Source: Candidatus Micrarchaeia archaeon
Lineage (GTDB): Archaea; Micrarchaeota; Micrarchaeia; CABMEP01
Assembly (NCBI GenBank): GCA_038880755.1
Contig: JAVZRC010000001.1
Span: 8,791-72,790, forward strand
Length of the DNA: 64,000 bases
Direction of reading: 5' to 3'
The notes beneath the pieces were generated by a model that saw only the letters and a program-made list of their open reading frames with translations, did not search any database and was not told the DNA's origin. The position numbers and the translations under genes were made by a program. Within the stretch, counting starts at the first letter, position 1; each line of letters opens with the position of its first letter. Below are positions 37,251 to 47,467 of the stretch, piece by piece.

Positions 37251-40200
37251 ATGAATAAATCTGAAATGAAGAAAGAAAGTAAAATCAAGTCTTCATCTTT
37301 TTCAAATATGATGGTTTTTCTGATCATCTTTTCTTTGATATTTATTCTTGTCTCTGGTTGTATTGAATTAAAGCCAAGAGAAGGGATAAGTACTACAGTT
37401 CCAATTACGGTAACGAAAGGAAGCGATGTATGTGCCGGTTATAATGAATCCACATGCGGCGCTTTCTTGAAGGAAAAGAGAACTGCAATTTCTGATTATA
37501 TTTGTAAAGGACCAATCGGCCCTTCTTATTCAAAGGTGGACGAAGTAACTTATTCTCTTTCAGCTGAAAAAGGTTGGAGTTGTGAGGAAACAAAAACATA
37601 TCTAGTTTTAGCAGGAAATAACTATACAATGTCAGGTTCAGGCCATATGGGGAATCCACATGGTGGTAGCATAACATTACAAGATTCAAGAAATGTAGTA
37701 TCACCAATATCTTATGGAATGAATAATCTAACTTTGAAATGTGATGTAGGCGTATTTGTTAGTGTTTCAAAAGGTAAATATCAGGGGGGTTCATTTACCT
37801 TGAGATTTGATGGTTCATCTGACATCTTATCTCCAGGAGACCGTTTTGACGGACAATACTCATTTTTCGTACTACCATTAACTTTAACTCCAGAAAATAA
37901 CAAATTAATTGGTAATCTTAGTTTTTCAGGTACGTGGGTAGTTACCGGAAAAGAATACGGTAGTTGGCCAAACAAAAAACACAAATCAAGCATGGATGTT
38001 TCTTACTCTATTTCTTGTACTCCCTTTGCAAGCTACAATGTTAATTGGAGATGTAAAAATGCATATACCTCAGAATCATATGATTTTGTAAATTGCAGCT
38101 ATGATGAATTTTCTACATTCCAGGGTGGAAGGACATTCCTTGATAACAATACTCCATTCAGCAAGCTTAGCAACTATATTCAATCATATTATGGAACTTA
38201 CTCGTACAATCCAATTACTGAAGAAACAAAGCCAGCTGGAAAAATTCAAGTTCCATTCTTTATGTTAGGCCAAGGTCCATCCTTCCAGGATTATGAAGAG
38301 GCAAAGAAACTATGTGTACCATGGAAAGAAACCGTAGTGAACATCTCACTTGGAAATACGACATTTGATCCTCCATTTATGACAATCCTCTCAGGTTTAG
38401 AGCTCTGTATCGATAATAAAGACAATAAGAGACATGATATAACGATAATCAATCTTCAGGATCAAAGTATAGTAAGACAATACATTCTTCAGCCAACGCA
38501 ATCTGCATGTTATATACCATACGAAGGCTTTTATCACATAAAAGATTCAAATGGAGACTATGCTTATTTATCAGTACTAAGCGCAAAAGATACTACTCAG
38601 ATTTATATAGGAAATAACATAGTTCCGAATTATACAGTGGTTAATGCAGATGGATTTGTTAATTTTAGCCTAATTGAAAGAAAAGAGCATAACTTGAGTA
38701 TGACAAGTGTGAATAGATTTGATGATTATAGCTATGATAATAATTTTACTCTCAATCTTTCAAATCCGGTTGAAACAATAAGAGCGCCACAAACAGGAGA
38801 GTATAGGATTAATGATATCACAACAGATAAAACTGGTTATTTATTCGTTCAGTCTCCGCTTCAGAGATTCTTGTTTAAGAGAGATGGAACAATTGATCCA
38901 GGATATGAAATATACAGACCGCTTGGAGATTTGATTTGTTTTAGAAGCGAAACTGAAGGTTTAAGCATTTCAATTTCAAGATACACAGAAACTGAAAATG
39001 GATATGAATGGATATGGCTGACTAATGAAACATTGTCTACAAATTCATATTGCTGTATTCAAGGTGCGTTACCTGGCAAGTATCAAGGAATTACCTCAGA
39101 TGGAAGAGTTGCAAATTGGACGATAGGAAATGGAAAGCCTTCCGCAACAGTTTCTATTCAGCCGATTGGTTTTGAACCTGAAGAAGTAGAAAGTCCGCCA
39201 GGAACAAAGATATGTTGGATTAATCCATCAGCAATCTCAAGAAATGTTATAACAAAATCATCATCAGGAAAGACATTCTTCTCAGGCCAAATTCCACCAT
39301 TCTCAGATAATGTTTGTTGGCCAACTATGAACAAGACAGATTCATATGTAACTACATTTGTACCTAATTTAGATGTGAGGAACATTGTGAATATTAAAGA
39401 GGTTGATTCAAGAAACATCCAAATACTCTCAGGTGGCGCAGGCTTTGATACTATCTCATTAGTTGTAAAGCCTGGCTCTCAAATATGTTGGATTAATAAT
39501 GATAATAAGAATCATACATTAAAAGATGAGAGTGGAAACTACATACTCTTAGCTCCATCGCAAACAAACTGTATAGATAAGTCTACTATGCAGGAAGGAA
39601 ATATTTATACGCGCCAGCTGGATGGAAAGGAGATTTATTCAGATGTTGGAGTTATAGATGGTAAAGGTGCAATCCTGTCTTCAAGAGGTCCTATTCCATT
39701 TTCACTATTTGTAAATCCACCAAATGTTAATATGACTCAATCAGGAGAATTGTATATCACCTCTCCTTCGTATTTCAAGATTATAAATAAACAGAGTGTT
39801 CCATCTGAGTTGTATGAGATTTCCTATATTACTTTATTAGCTAATTCAACTGGATTGGCAGATATAGTGAAAACCGAAAGTGAAACTATTATAATTAATT
39901 CTCCGGTTAAGAGCTATACAAAGCTATTGCTTTATGTGGAAAATACTGATGATAAAAACCACACTATAAGAGTGGAATCAAACGGAGATGAAATCAATAT
40001 TCTACCTAATTCATTTTATTTATTTGAAATTAGTCAAAGTACAGTATTAACTGATTTAACTGTTAAAGAAAATTTGACTAGAAGTGGAACTACAAATCAA
40101 ACTATAATAGATGCATTGTCACAGATCCCAATAAAGATATTGGGTCCTCCAGAGATAAAATTAAGTAAATCAGGTTCTAATGGAGATTCATTAACATTGT

Positions 40201-43200
40201 CTGCTCCTATTGAACCTTATACTTCAATACTTTATGAAAATAATACAAACAAGACAATTGTAATCACTTTTGCAGATACAAAGGAATTCATACTAGAGAA
40301 CCCATTGAACAATCAAACATTAGACCTTCCAACTCAGGTTATTCATGGAGATTTATCCTCTCAAATTCTTTATGATATGAGAAAGTATGCGGATGAGGGA
40401 GCAATGTCATTGCTTATTCCTTCATTCCATAATGTAACAGTAAAGATACATTCCTCTGTTTTCTCTCCATCTGAAGCATTAATACCTGCAGGAAGCACAA
40501 TTACATTTACTAATAAGGATGTAATAGACCATACAATTGATTTAATTAAAAATGAAAGCGATATCATCTCTTCAAGATCGTTTACCCTTCTACCATTACA
40601 ATCAAATTCAACTTCAGATACACCAAAGAATACAACATTCACGTTCTATGATCAGCTTTCCAATATGAAAGGAAACATTACAACAGTTGCTTATGATGCA
40701 AATATTGGAATAATATCAACACCGATTTATCCAGAATCTGGAATGGTTGCAGTTGGTGGACCTGTTAAATTCAATAACTATGATCCTGATTCAGATTATA
40801 AGATTGAGATTAAACTTACAGATGAACTAAACGCTGATTACACATATATCTTAAATCTTCCTAAATATACAAATGGGATTCCAGGAGTTGCAACATGGAT
40901 TCCAGATAAGGCTGGAAATGCCACTTATATAGTTAGAAATAATACAATTGTTGTTGGCACTGGTGAAATAGTTGTCAAGAATTCAATAATTAATATTTCT
41001 ATTAGAAATGGGGAGTTTGAAACAAAATCAATTGCGGTTGATCATGATAGCAAGGTGTGCTTTAATCCAGACTCACCAAGAAACATCTCAATTACTAATT
41101 TAGATACCGGTGAAAAGATAGCTGAAAGAACTATCTATCCATTAGGTGTTCAAGCAACAGATTCAGGTAGTGTTTGTAAAAGAATTTATAACTGTTCTGT
41201 AAAGCAACAGACTGGAGATTATGGATGCATAGGAATAGTGAATGAATCAGATCCTTCTACATATTGTTCTTATTATTTAATTAATCCATCAATAGCATGT
41301 AAATTAGATAATAATATTTCATGTGTTGTTAAAGACCAGTATTCAAATGATTTAGAGTGTACAACTGACTATTCAAAAGATACGCAACCCGCAGTGCCAG
41401 GCATTCAACCACAGTGTTTATTCCAAGCAAGATTAGATGGTGGTGCATGCAACGGTGGTTCAGTAATAAAGAATTCTTCCTTAGCTTCAATAATTAATTG
41501 CTCAGTTTCAACTACAGGTCTTCTCCAGTTTAACTATTTTTCAGGTAAGGAAAAGACAGATGTATCAAATTTATTATGTAACGTCCAAAAATCAGGTAAT
41601 ATTATAACATGTAGCCCAACAGGTTTATATCCAGATATAGGTTGTATTAATAATTCAATCAATGATCTATATTGCTATTATACACCTTCACCATTAACAT
41701 CCGCAGAAAAGTCTAATCCGTATACATTAACTGATAATCGTTTCTGTGCAGTAACAACTGCTCAAAGAACTGAAAGATATTATACAACATATGCATGTGA
41801 TATAGGGTACGATGGTAAGTGTACATGTCCAACTAATAAAATGTGTGGTGCCTTGCCATGTGATGGAAGCAATGTTCTTGCAAGTATGTATTATGATCGT
41901 TATCAAAGCAGTTCTATGTTTGGAAGGAAAAGTTATAATTGTTCGAATGGAAAGTTAGTTAATGTTCTCTTGAAAGAAGGGACATATACATTTAATTTCT
42001 CAGGATTAGATAATCCATATTTTTCAATATATCTTAAACCTAATTTTGGATTTAAGGCATGCAAATGCTATGCTGCCAACCAAAGGACAGTCACATACGC
42101 TAATTCGTGTAGTGTTAAAACTGGGGGAAGTTCAATCACTCCATTTCCAAGCAATTGTACTTTACAGTCTGAGAAATGTGTGTTCTCTTCTCCATCAGTA
42201 TTTTTATGCAGCAATGAAGAAAACTGTCCATGTAAATTCGGATGCGGAAAGAAGATCAACTATTCAACACTAGGAAACATAAATTGTGTTTCAACCCCAG
42301 GGGGTTGTAATGTAATATCAAATTATAATGCTGATAATGGTGATTACTGTAAATATGCGTATGCTCAAACATGCACACCTAAACAAGGATATGAAGATAA
42401 AGTATCATGCAAACTTGATGGAATATCATGTTTGATATCAGAAGGAAAGAAAATAAAAGACGACGGTTCGTATTGCAGTTTGAATTTATTTTCATGTGAA
42501 CCAGCTTACTCGGGCGTTGATTGCAGTTTTGATGCATCAACACAATCATGTAAGGTTGGTTCTATCGAGCAATTCTGTTTCACACCAGCTTCAACTTATG
42601 TTGTTGAGGATGTAGATACTGGAAATATTATGATAGTTGAAGGTTATGACAGATATACGCCATTAGAGATAGATATTCAAAAATCTGTGTTCACTCCTTC
42701 CTTTGTTGCATCATCTCCACTGAGCGAAGTATGTTTCCAAAGCCTCGATGGAAAAATGCACAGAGTTTCAGTTCCAGAGGCAGTAAAGAGTGATGGTTTT
42801 ATTGATGTTTATTCAGATAGGCAAACATGTCTTAATTTCCCATACAATACAGAGCCATGGACTGTAAGGTTGCAGGACAAGCCAGATGTTGCAGCAGGCA
42901 TTAAATCAATAAAGCAGGATATTGAAGTAGTTGTCAAGTCACAGATGTTTGATCCTTCTGATCTGGTTCTCAGACCTAATACATCTATTACATTTATTAA
43001 TACAGATGCAGAATCACATCAACTTAACAAAGCAATACCATCTACAAATTTTGTTAAACTTATTTTACAAAATAGCATTTTAACAAGCGATTCATTCTTT
43101 TACAATATATTAAAAACAGAGTGGATAGATACAATCGAATGTAAGAATGATTCAGACTGTCCAGAAGGTTCATTCTGCGATGTAGAAAAAAGATGCCACG

Positions 43201-45626
43201 CTATTAAATTCTGCATACGAGATGATGAGTGTCCATCTCCATCAATTTGCCATAACTATAAATGTATTCTTACAAAACAGTGTCAAACTGATTTAGAATG
43301 TGGAGTTAATAGTAAATGTATTGATGATGGAACTGGAATCAAGAAATGTATTGCATTAGATATTCAATGTTCAAATTCATTCGATTGCTACTCTTCAGAT
43401 CCAAATTCGATTTGTATTAACAACAAATGCACACGTTTAGTAAATTGTACTAATTCCTCAGATTGTCCATCTGGCTTTGTCTGTTCATCTCAGTCATGCA
43501 CCATGATTGAAAGTTGTACAAATAATAGCGAGTGCCCACTGAATTCAGTATGTCATCAAGGTAAATGTGCTACGCCAATAGTCAATAATTGTAGCTTAGA
43601 CAGTGATTGCCCGATTGGAATGTACTGTACTATTGTAGATGAAACAGAAGATGGCGAAAAAATAAGGGCATGTATTTCAAGCCCATGCATTTCAAATTCG
43701 GATTGCAGCGAAGAGAGCAATACAGCATGCATGACCAACTTCATTACCGATGAAAATAATTGTACGCTTTATAATCCATCTTATGCAGAACTGTTGTGTA
43801 CAAGCGATGTAGACTGTCTTGAGGGCGGTTGTCTCAATGGAAGATGTGTTATTTCAAAGAATTGTTCACGAGATTTTGATTGTGGCGTGATAAATGGTAT
43901 TCAATCAGTATGTGAATCTTCTGTTTGTAAGATCCCAGTTAAATGTTCTGTTTTAGCAGATTGTAGATCTGGAGAAATATGTCAGGATGGATTCTGCAGA
44001 ATACTCCGTGATAAGATTTGCACTACAGATTCAGAATGTAATGCTGATGAAATTTGTCAAGAAATGAAGTGTATAAAGAAGCAGAATTGTTCTTCCACTA
44101 TCAGTTGTAATTCACTGCAAAGCGGTGCAGCATGCACAAATGCTTCTTCATCTTACCCTGCATTCTGTCAATCATCTACAAATTGTACAAGCGATGCATA
44201 CTGCGGATCGAACCAGTATTGTGATTTAGGAATCAAGCAGTGTATTACCTATCCAAAGACAACTTGTGATTCGCCACTATATGGATCAGATGTTAGTCAG
44301 GTTAATGTTTCATTCAAGCTTCCGTCATCTACCTATAAAGCATATTTGATTTATTCTTTCAATGATAATGGGAATATATTCTTAAATGGACAAACTTTAT
44401 TACCAACAACTAAATTTAGATGCCAGTATTCGACTGGGTCTGGTGTTAATTATATTGATAACTATTCTCAAACTCAGCAATGGAAGATACCTTTAGGTTT
44501 GCTTAAGTTAGGGAATGAAGAAAATAATATGTCAATTACAACATGCAGTTGTTCTGGTCAAAAAGGATTCAACATTTCAATACTTTATTATTATGTTTCT
44601 CCAGAAGGAATCAAACAAGAGTCAATTATAATAGATCCAAATTCAAAAATTCAGATCTTTTCACCTCAACAATCTGAAGAACTAATATATATTGATAACA
44701 AGACAAAGAACGTGCTTCCAATCTCTGTGAAGTCCATAATAAATTCAACAGGAGGTATAGACTGTTCAGCAGACCTCTCTTCAATGGCTCTGGCAGTTGC
44801 AAGCTATGAGAGATTAGATTATGCAACTCAGGCTTGTGACTCAGGAAAGCAGATTGAATGTGCTTCATATAATCCATATGGTCCCGCTACGGTTACATTC
44901 TTTGCCTCAGAATCTGGATTGAATCTTTCAAATGAATCTGAAAGACTGTGTGCATTCCAGCAGCTTGCATCTGTCAAGAATATATGTCCAAATTGTACAA
45001 CTGTTCTAAATGTCGGGGATGTAAATATCACACAGCTCAAGGATATTTTAAATTCAGCAAATTCAACCCAAATACTTGGCAAAAATGCAATTGAATTTGT
45101 AGATGTAATAGGTTATGACGAATTCCTTAACAATTATCCATCCTGTAGCTTCGAGGACATAATGAATTCAATAGTAAACAAATCAAAACTTGGTTTATAC
45201 AATTACACAAAACCATCAATAATAATGAGGTTTGGATTAAAGGATGGTGCATCTAATACAAATTCAGCATGCAACTGGACAGATGAATCTATTGTAACAG
45301 CATATCAAGATTTCTATGGAATATGGATTCCAATTCTTGCAGGTTCAGGCGTGCTTGGAACAGCCCAATACTGCTTGACAGACCCATGCCCGTCATTTGA
45401 TTTCTATGGTCTTCTTACCTCAGGAAAGACAAACAAGCCATGGACAGATGTATGGTTCAGGGAAGGATGCGGAAGATATTATTACGCAGCTGAAGGGTTA
45501 TCATTTACAACATTCTCAATGAAGGAAACAAACTATTCAATGTGCGATCCATCAAAGATGCTTGCCCTGCTTCAGACTGCTCAATGTGCAGTAGGCAAAT
45601 ATACATTAAAATCAGGAGCAAGTTAA
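37251..45626 (+). CDS. giant (2791 aa) cysteine-rich surface protein, putative lipoprotein, with about 15 tandem EGF-like CxxDSDCPxGxxC modules
   Basis: An uninterrupted 8.4-kb ORF. N-terminal TM ending in the lipobox-like LVSGC. Tandem Cys modules at nt 43138-44270 (e.g. ECKNDSDCPEGSFCDVEKRC). No C-terminal TM. Confidence 0.7.
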   Translation: MNKSEMKKESKIKSSSFSNMMVFLIIFSLIFILVSGCIELKPREGISTTVPITVTKGSDVCAGYNESTCGAFLKEKRTAISDYICKGPIGPSYSKVDEVTYSLSAEKGWSCEETKTYLVLAGNNYTMSGSGHMGNPHGGSITLQDSRNVVSPISYGMNNLTLKCDVGVFVSVSKGKYQGGSFTLRFDGSSDILSPGDRFDGQYSFFVLPLTLTPENNKLIGNLSFSGTWVVTGKEYGSWPNKKHKSSMDVSYSISCTPFASYNVNWRCKNAYTSESYDFVNCSYDEFSTFQGGRTFLDNNTPFSKLSNYIQSYYGTYSYNPITEETKPAGKIQVPFFMLGQGPSFQDYEEAKKLCVPWKETVVNISLGNTTFDPPFMTILSGLELCIDNKDNKRHDITIINLQDQSIVRQYILQPTQSACYIPYEGFYHIKDSNGDYAYLSVLSAKDTTQIYIGNNIVPNYTVVNADGFVNFSLIERKEHNLSMTSVNRFDDYSYDNNFTLNLSNPVETIRAPQTGEYRINDITTDKTGYLFVQSPLQRFLFKRDGTIDPGYEIYRPLGDLICFRSETEGLSISISRYTETENGYEWIWLTNETLSTNSYCCIQGALPGKYQGITSDGRVANWTIGNGKPSATVSIQPIGFEPEEVESPPGTKICWINPSAISRNVITKSSSGKTFFSGQIPPFSDNVCWPTMNKTDSYVTTFVPNLDVRNIVNIKEVDSRNIQILSGGAGFDTISLVVKPGSQICWINNDNKNHTLKDESGNYILLAPSQTNCIDKSTMQEGNIYTRQLDGKEIYSDVGVIDGKGAILSSRGPIPFSLFVNPPNVNMTQSGELYITSPSYFKIINKQSVPSELYEISYITLLANSTGLADIVKTESETIIINSPVKSYTKLLLYVENTDDKNHTIRVESNGDEINILPNSFYLFEISQSTVLTDLTVKENLTRSGTTNQTIIDALSQIPIKILGPPEIKLSKSGSNGDSLTLSAPIEPYTSILYENNTNKTIVITFADTKEFILENPLNNQTLDLPTQVIHGDLSSQILYDMRKYADEGAMSLLIPSFHNVTVKIHSSVFSPSEALIPAGSTITFTNKDVIDHTIDLIKNESDIISSRSFTLLPLQSNSTSDTPKNTTFTFYDQLSNMKGNITTVAYDANIGIISTPIYPESGMVAVGGPVKFNNYDPDSDYKIEIKLTDELNADYTYILNLPKYTNGIPGVATWIPDKAGNATYIVRNNTIVVGTGEIVVKNSIINISIRNGEFETKSIAVDHDSKVCFNPDSPRNISITNLDTGEKIAERTIYPLGVQATDSGSVCKRIYNCSVKQQTGDYGCIGIVNESDPSTYCSYYLINPSIACKLDNNISCVVKDQYSNDLECTTDYSKDTQPAVPGIQPQCLFQARLDGGACNGGSVIKNSSLASIINCSVSTTGLLQFNYFSGKEKTDVSNLLCNVQKSGNIITCSPTGLYPDIGCINNSINDLYCYYTPSPLTSAEKSNPYTLTDNRFCAVTTAQRTERYYTTYACDIGYDGKCTCPTNKMCGALPCDGSNVLASMYYDRYQSSSMFGRKSYNCSNGKLVNVLLKEGTYTFNFSGLDNPYFSIYLKPNFGFKACKCYAANQRTVTYANSCSVKTGGSSITPFPSNCTLQSEKCVFSSPSVFLCSNEENCPCKFGCGKKINYSTLGNINCVSTPGGCNVISNYNADNGDYCKYAYAQTCTPKQGYEDKVSCKLDGISCLISEGKKIKDDGSYCSLNLFSCEPAYSGVDCSFDASTQSCKVGSIEQFCFTPASTYVVEDVDTGNIMIVEGYDRYTPLEIDIQKSVFTPSFVASSPLSEVCFQSLDGKMHRVSVPEAVKSDGFIDVYSDRQTCLNFPYNTEPWTVRLQDKPDVAAGIKSIKQDIEVVVKSQMFDPSDLVLRPNTSITFINTDAESHQLNKAIPSTNFVKLILQNSILTSDSFFYNILKTEWIDTIECKNDSDCPEGSFCDVEKRCHAIKFCIRDDECPSPSICHNYKCILTKQCQTDLECGVNSKCIDDGTGIKKCIALDIQCSNSFDCYSSDPNSICINNKCTRLVNCTNSSDCPSGFVCSSQSCTMIESCTNNSECPLNSVCHQGKCATPIVNNCSLDSDCPIGMYCTIVDETEDGEKIRACISSPCISNSDCSEESNTACMTNFITDENNCTLYNPSYAELLCTSDVDCLEGGCLNGRCVISKNCSRDFDCGVINGIQSVCESSVCKIPVKCSVLADCRSGEICQDGFCRILRDKICTTDSECNADEICQEMKCIKKQNCSSTISCNSLQSGAACTNASSSYPAFCQSSTNCTSDAYCGSNQYCDLGIKQCITYPKTTCDSPLYGSDVSQVNVSFKLPSSTYKAYLIYSFNDNGNIFLNGQTLLPTTKFRCQYSTGSGVNYIDNYSQTQQWKIPLGLLKLGNEENNMSITTCSCSGQKGFNISILYYYVSPEGIKQESIIIDPNSKIQIFSPQQSEELIYIDNKTKNVLPISVKSIINSTGGIDCSADLSSMALAVASYERLDYATQACDSGKQIECASYNPYGPATVTFFASESGLNLSNESERLCAFQQLASVKNICPNCTTVLNVGDVNITQLKDILNSANSTQILGKNAIEFVDVIGYDEFLNNYPSCSFEDIMNSIVNKSKLGLYNYTKPSIIMRFGLKDGASNTNSACNWTDESIVTAYQDFYGIWIPILAGSGVLGTAQYCLTDPCPSFDFYGLLTSGKTNKPWTDVWFREGCGRYYYAAEGLSFTTFSMKETNYSMCDPSKMLALLQTAQCAVGKYTLKSGAS

Positions 45627-45670
45627 AGAATAGCATCCATATAATAGTATTCTTGTAACTCCTATACTTA

Positions 45671-47053
45671 TTATTGTTTTCTTATCTGATAAATTCTGAA
45701 TCTAGAATTATTGGAACTTTTTATTTCTTTTATCTCATAGCCAGATAAGCTTCCAAATTGGTTTGGGTAAAGAACCTTAAAGATATTCTTGTTGGAATCA
45801 GACATAGGATGTATGTATCTGAAGTAAGAAGAGTCTGAAGAATTCAGGATAAGAAGCTTGAAGTATGAATCTTCAGCTCCGTTTATAATTATCCTGTTAC
45901 TTAGAATGTTACCTGCAGAGTCTGTTGGTATTAAAAGATAATCGTGTTTGTAAGTCAAATAGGTTTGATAATATGTATCTCCTTGCTTTTGGATTCCAGC
46001 AAATGCAAAGGTTTCAAAAGTAACTGTAGCATTAACTAGTTTTGCATATTCCTTTGGAGAATCAAGTATAAACGTGTCTATTATAAGATAATCAAAGCTT
46101 GGTGTTCTGTTTGTGAACAAGAAAAGAAACGCCTCATTAGTTAAGACGTTCTTTCCAGTTTCAACTGCGGATATTTTACTTATATTATCTCCATACACTG
46201 AAGCAAACGCAATTCTTCCATCCATGCCATTTATCCATGACAATGTATTAACAGTATCTAGATCAACAGTTTGTCTGTTCAACATGCTTGCAATTGCATA
46301 TTCTATTGAGACCATTATGAGTGTCACGGTCAATAAATAAAGTAAGGTATGCTTATTCTCAAACGCAAGCATTACAACTGCTATCACAAGACCTATCAAA
46401 ACAGATAAGCCAATCGCACCCACTCCTGAACCAAGTATTATCAAAGATATATCTGCAGCAATCACACCACCAGCTATGGTGCTTAATATTCCTCTGTCTT
46501 TTATTTTATTTATTCTGCTGAATCCATCCGCATTAAGTATAAATAAAACAGGAAGCGAGATAAGTGGCATGAAGAACGATGCAACTAATGCTATAATTCC
46601 AGTAAATACATATTTCATTTTTTTATTTGAATATAATACATAGATAGAAAGCAGAGACAAAGGAAGCAATGGAAGTATTTGATATATCTTTTCAAATCCG
46701 AATGAAGGTGTTGCAATCCCTCCAAGTAGTAGGAAAGTTAAATCTGATATTCCAAATGAGAAATTGTTTATGAATGCATAGGAAGAAACCATTAGCAATG
46801 AAGATATGAAAACCGGAAGTTCGGATTGTTTGAAAACAACTCTTGATACAATATATATAATAAATGCAAAAGCAATACCTATGAAAAGAGAGAGATTAGA
46901 TACCTCCATCATCTTTTCCTTTCCCATGTTTAGACTTGAAGCTCGCTCATAGGTTAAAACACTGGGATTAGAAACCAACCCTAATAAGAAATAGGCATAT
47001 AATAATATTATAACGAGATTCAAAACATCTTTCTTTGTGAATATGTTCTGCAT
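45671..47053 (-). CDS. polytopic membrane protein with C-terminal soluble domain, hypothetical (possibly glycosyltransferase/ArnT-like topology)
   Basis: About 8-10 hydrophobic helices in the N-terminal 260 aa, then a globular domain of about 200 aa. Confidence 0.4.
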   Translation of the reverse strand: MQNIFTKKDVLNLVIILLYAYFLLGLVSNPSVLTYERASSLNMGKEKMMEVSNLSLFIGIAFAFIIYIVSRVVFKQSELPVFISSLLMVSSYAFINNFSFGISDLTFLLLGGIATPSFGFEKIYQILPLLPLSLLSIYVLYSNKKMKYVFTGIIALVASFFMPLISLPVLFILNADGFSRINKIKDRGILSTIAGGVIAADISLIILGSGVGAIGLSVLIGLVIAVVMLAFENKHTLLYLLTVTLIMVSIEYAIASMLNRQTVDLDTVNTLSWINGMDGRIAFASVYGDNISKISAVETGKNVLTNEAFLFLFTNRTPSFDYLIIDTFILDSPKEYAKLVNATVTFETFAFAGIQKQGDTYYQTYLTYKHDYLLIPTDSAGNILSNRIIINGAEDSYFKLLILNSSDSSYFRYIHPMSDSNKNIFKVLYPNQFGSLSGYEIKEIKSSNNSRFRIYQIRKQ

Positions 47054-47082
47054 TCAATCATCATTGTTTTTTTCAATAGAAT

Positions 47083-47201
47083 AAGAATGATAAAGTCAGC
47101 AGCAATGCATCTTCCCCTCCAACAGGAGAGTACCAATAACATCGTGAACCGGCTTAGCTTCCGAGTTCGGAATGGGATCGGGCGTTTCCCGGTTCCTATG
47201 G
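47083..47201 (-). rRNA. rrf: 5S ribosomal RNA (stand-alone)
   Basis: Reverse complement reads GUCAGCGGCCAUAGGAACCGGGAAACGCCCGAUCCCAUUCCGAACUCGGAAGCUAAGCCGGUUCACGAUGUU…GCUGCUGAC. This has the canonical 5S helix I pairing and the loop C 'CCGAAC' and 'GGAAGUUAAGC'-type motifs. Confidence 0.8.
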
Positions 47202-47467
47202 CCGCTGACAATATAATATAGTGTGTAATATATTTAAATGTTTCTGAAATATTATAGCTATAAAACAAGCTGTTTTTATTTGAAGGTGAGGTTATTTCAA
47301 AAATAATAAGGTATGGAAAGGATCTTGCTATAATCATACCAGAAGAATTAGTAAAAAAGCTTGATCTAAGACCAGACACACCAATTAGAATATATGAGAT
47401 AACTGCGGGAACTATAGCAATTGAGAAAGTAAAACTTCTTCCTTTATCCGAATCAGACATCAACATT

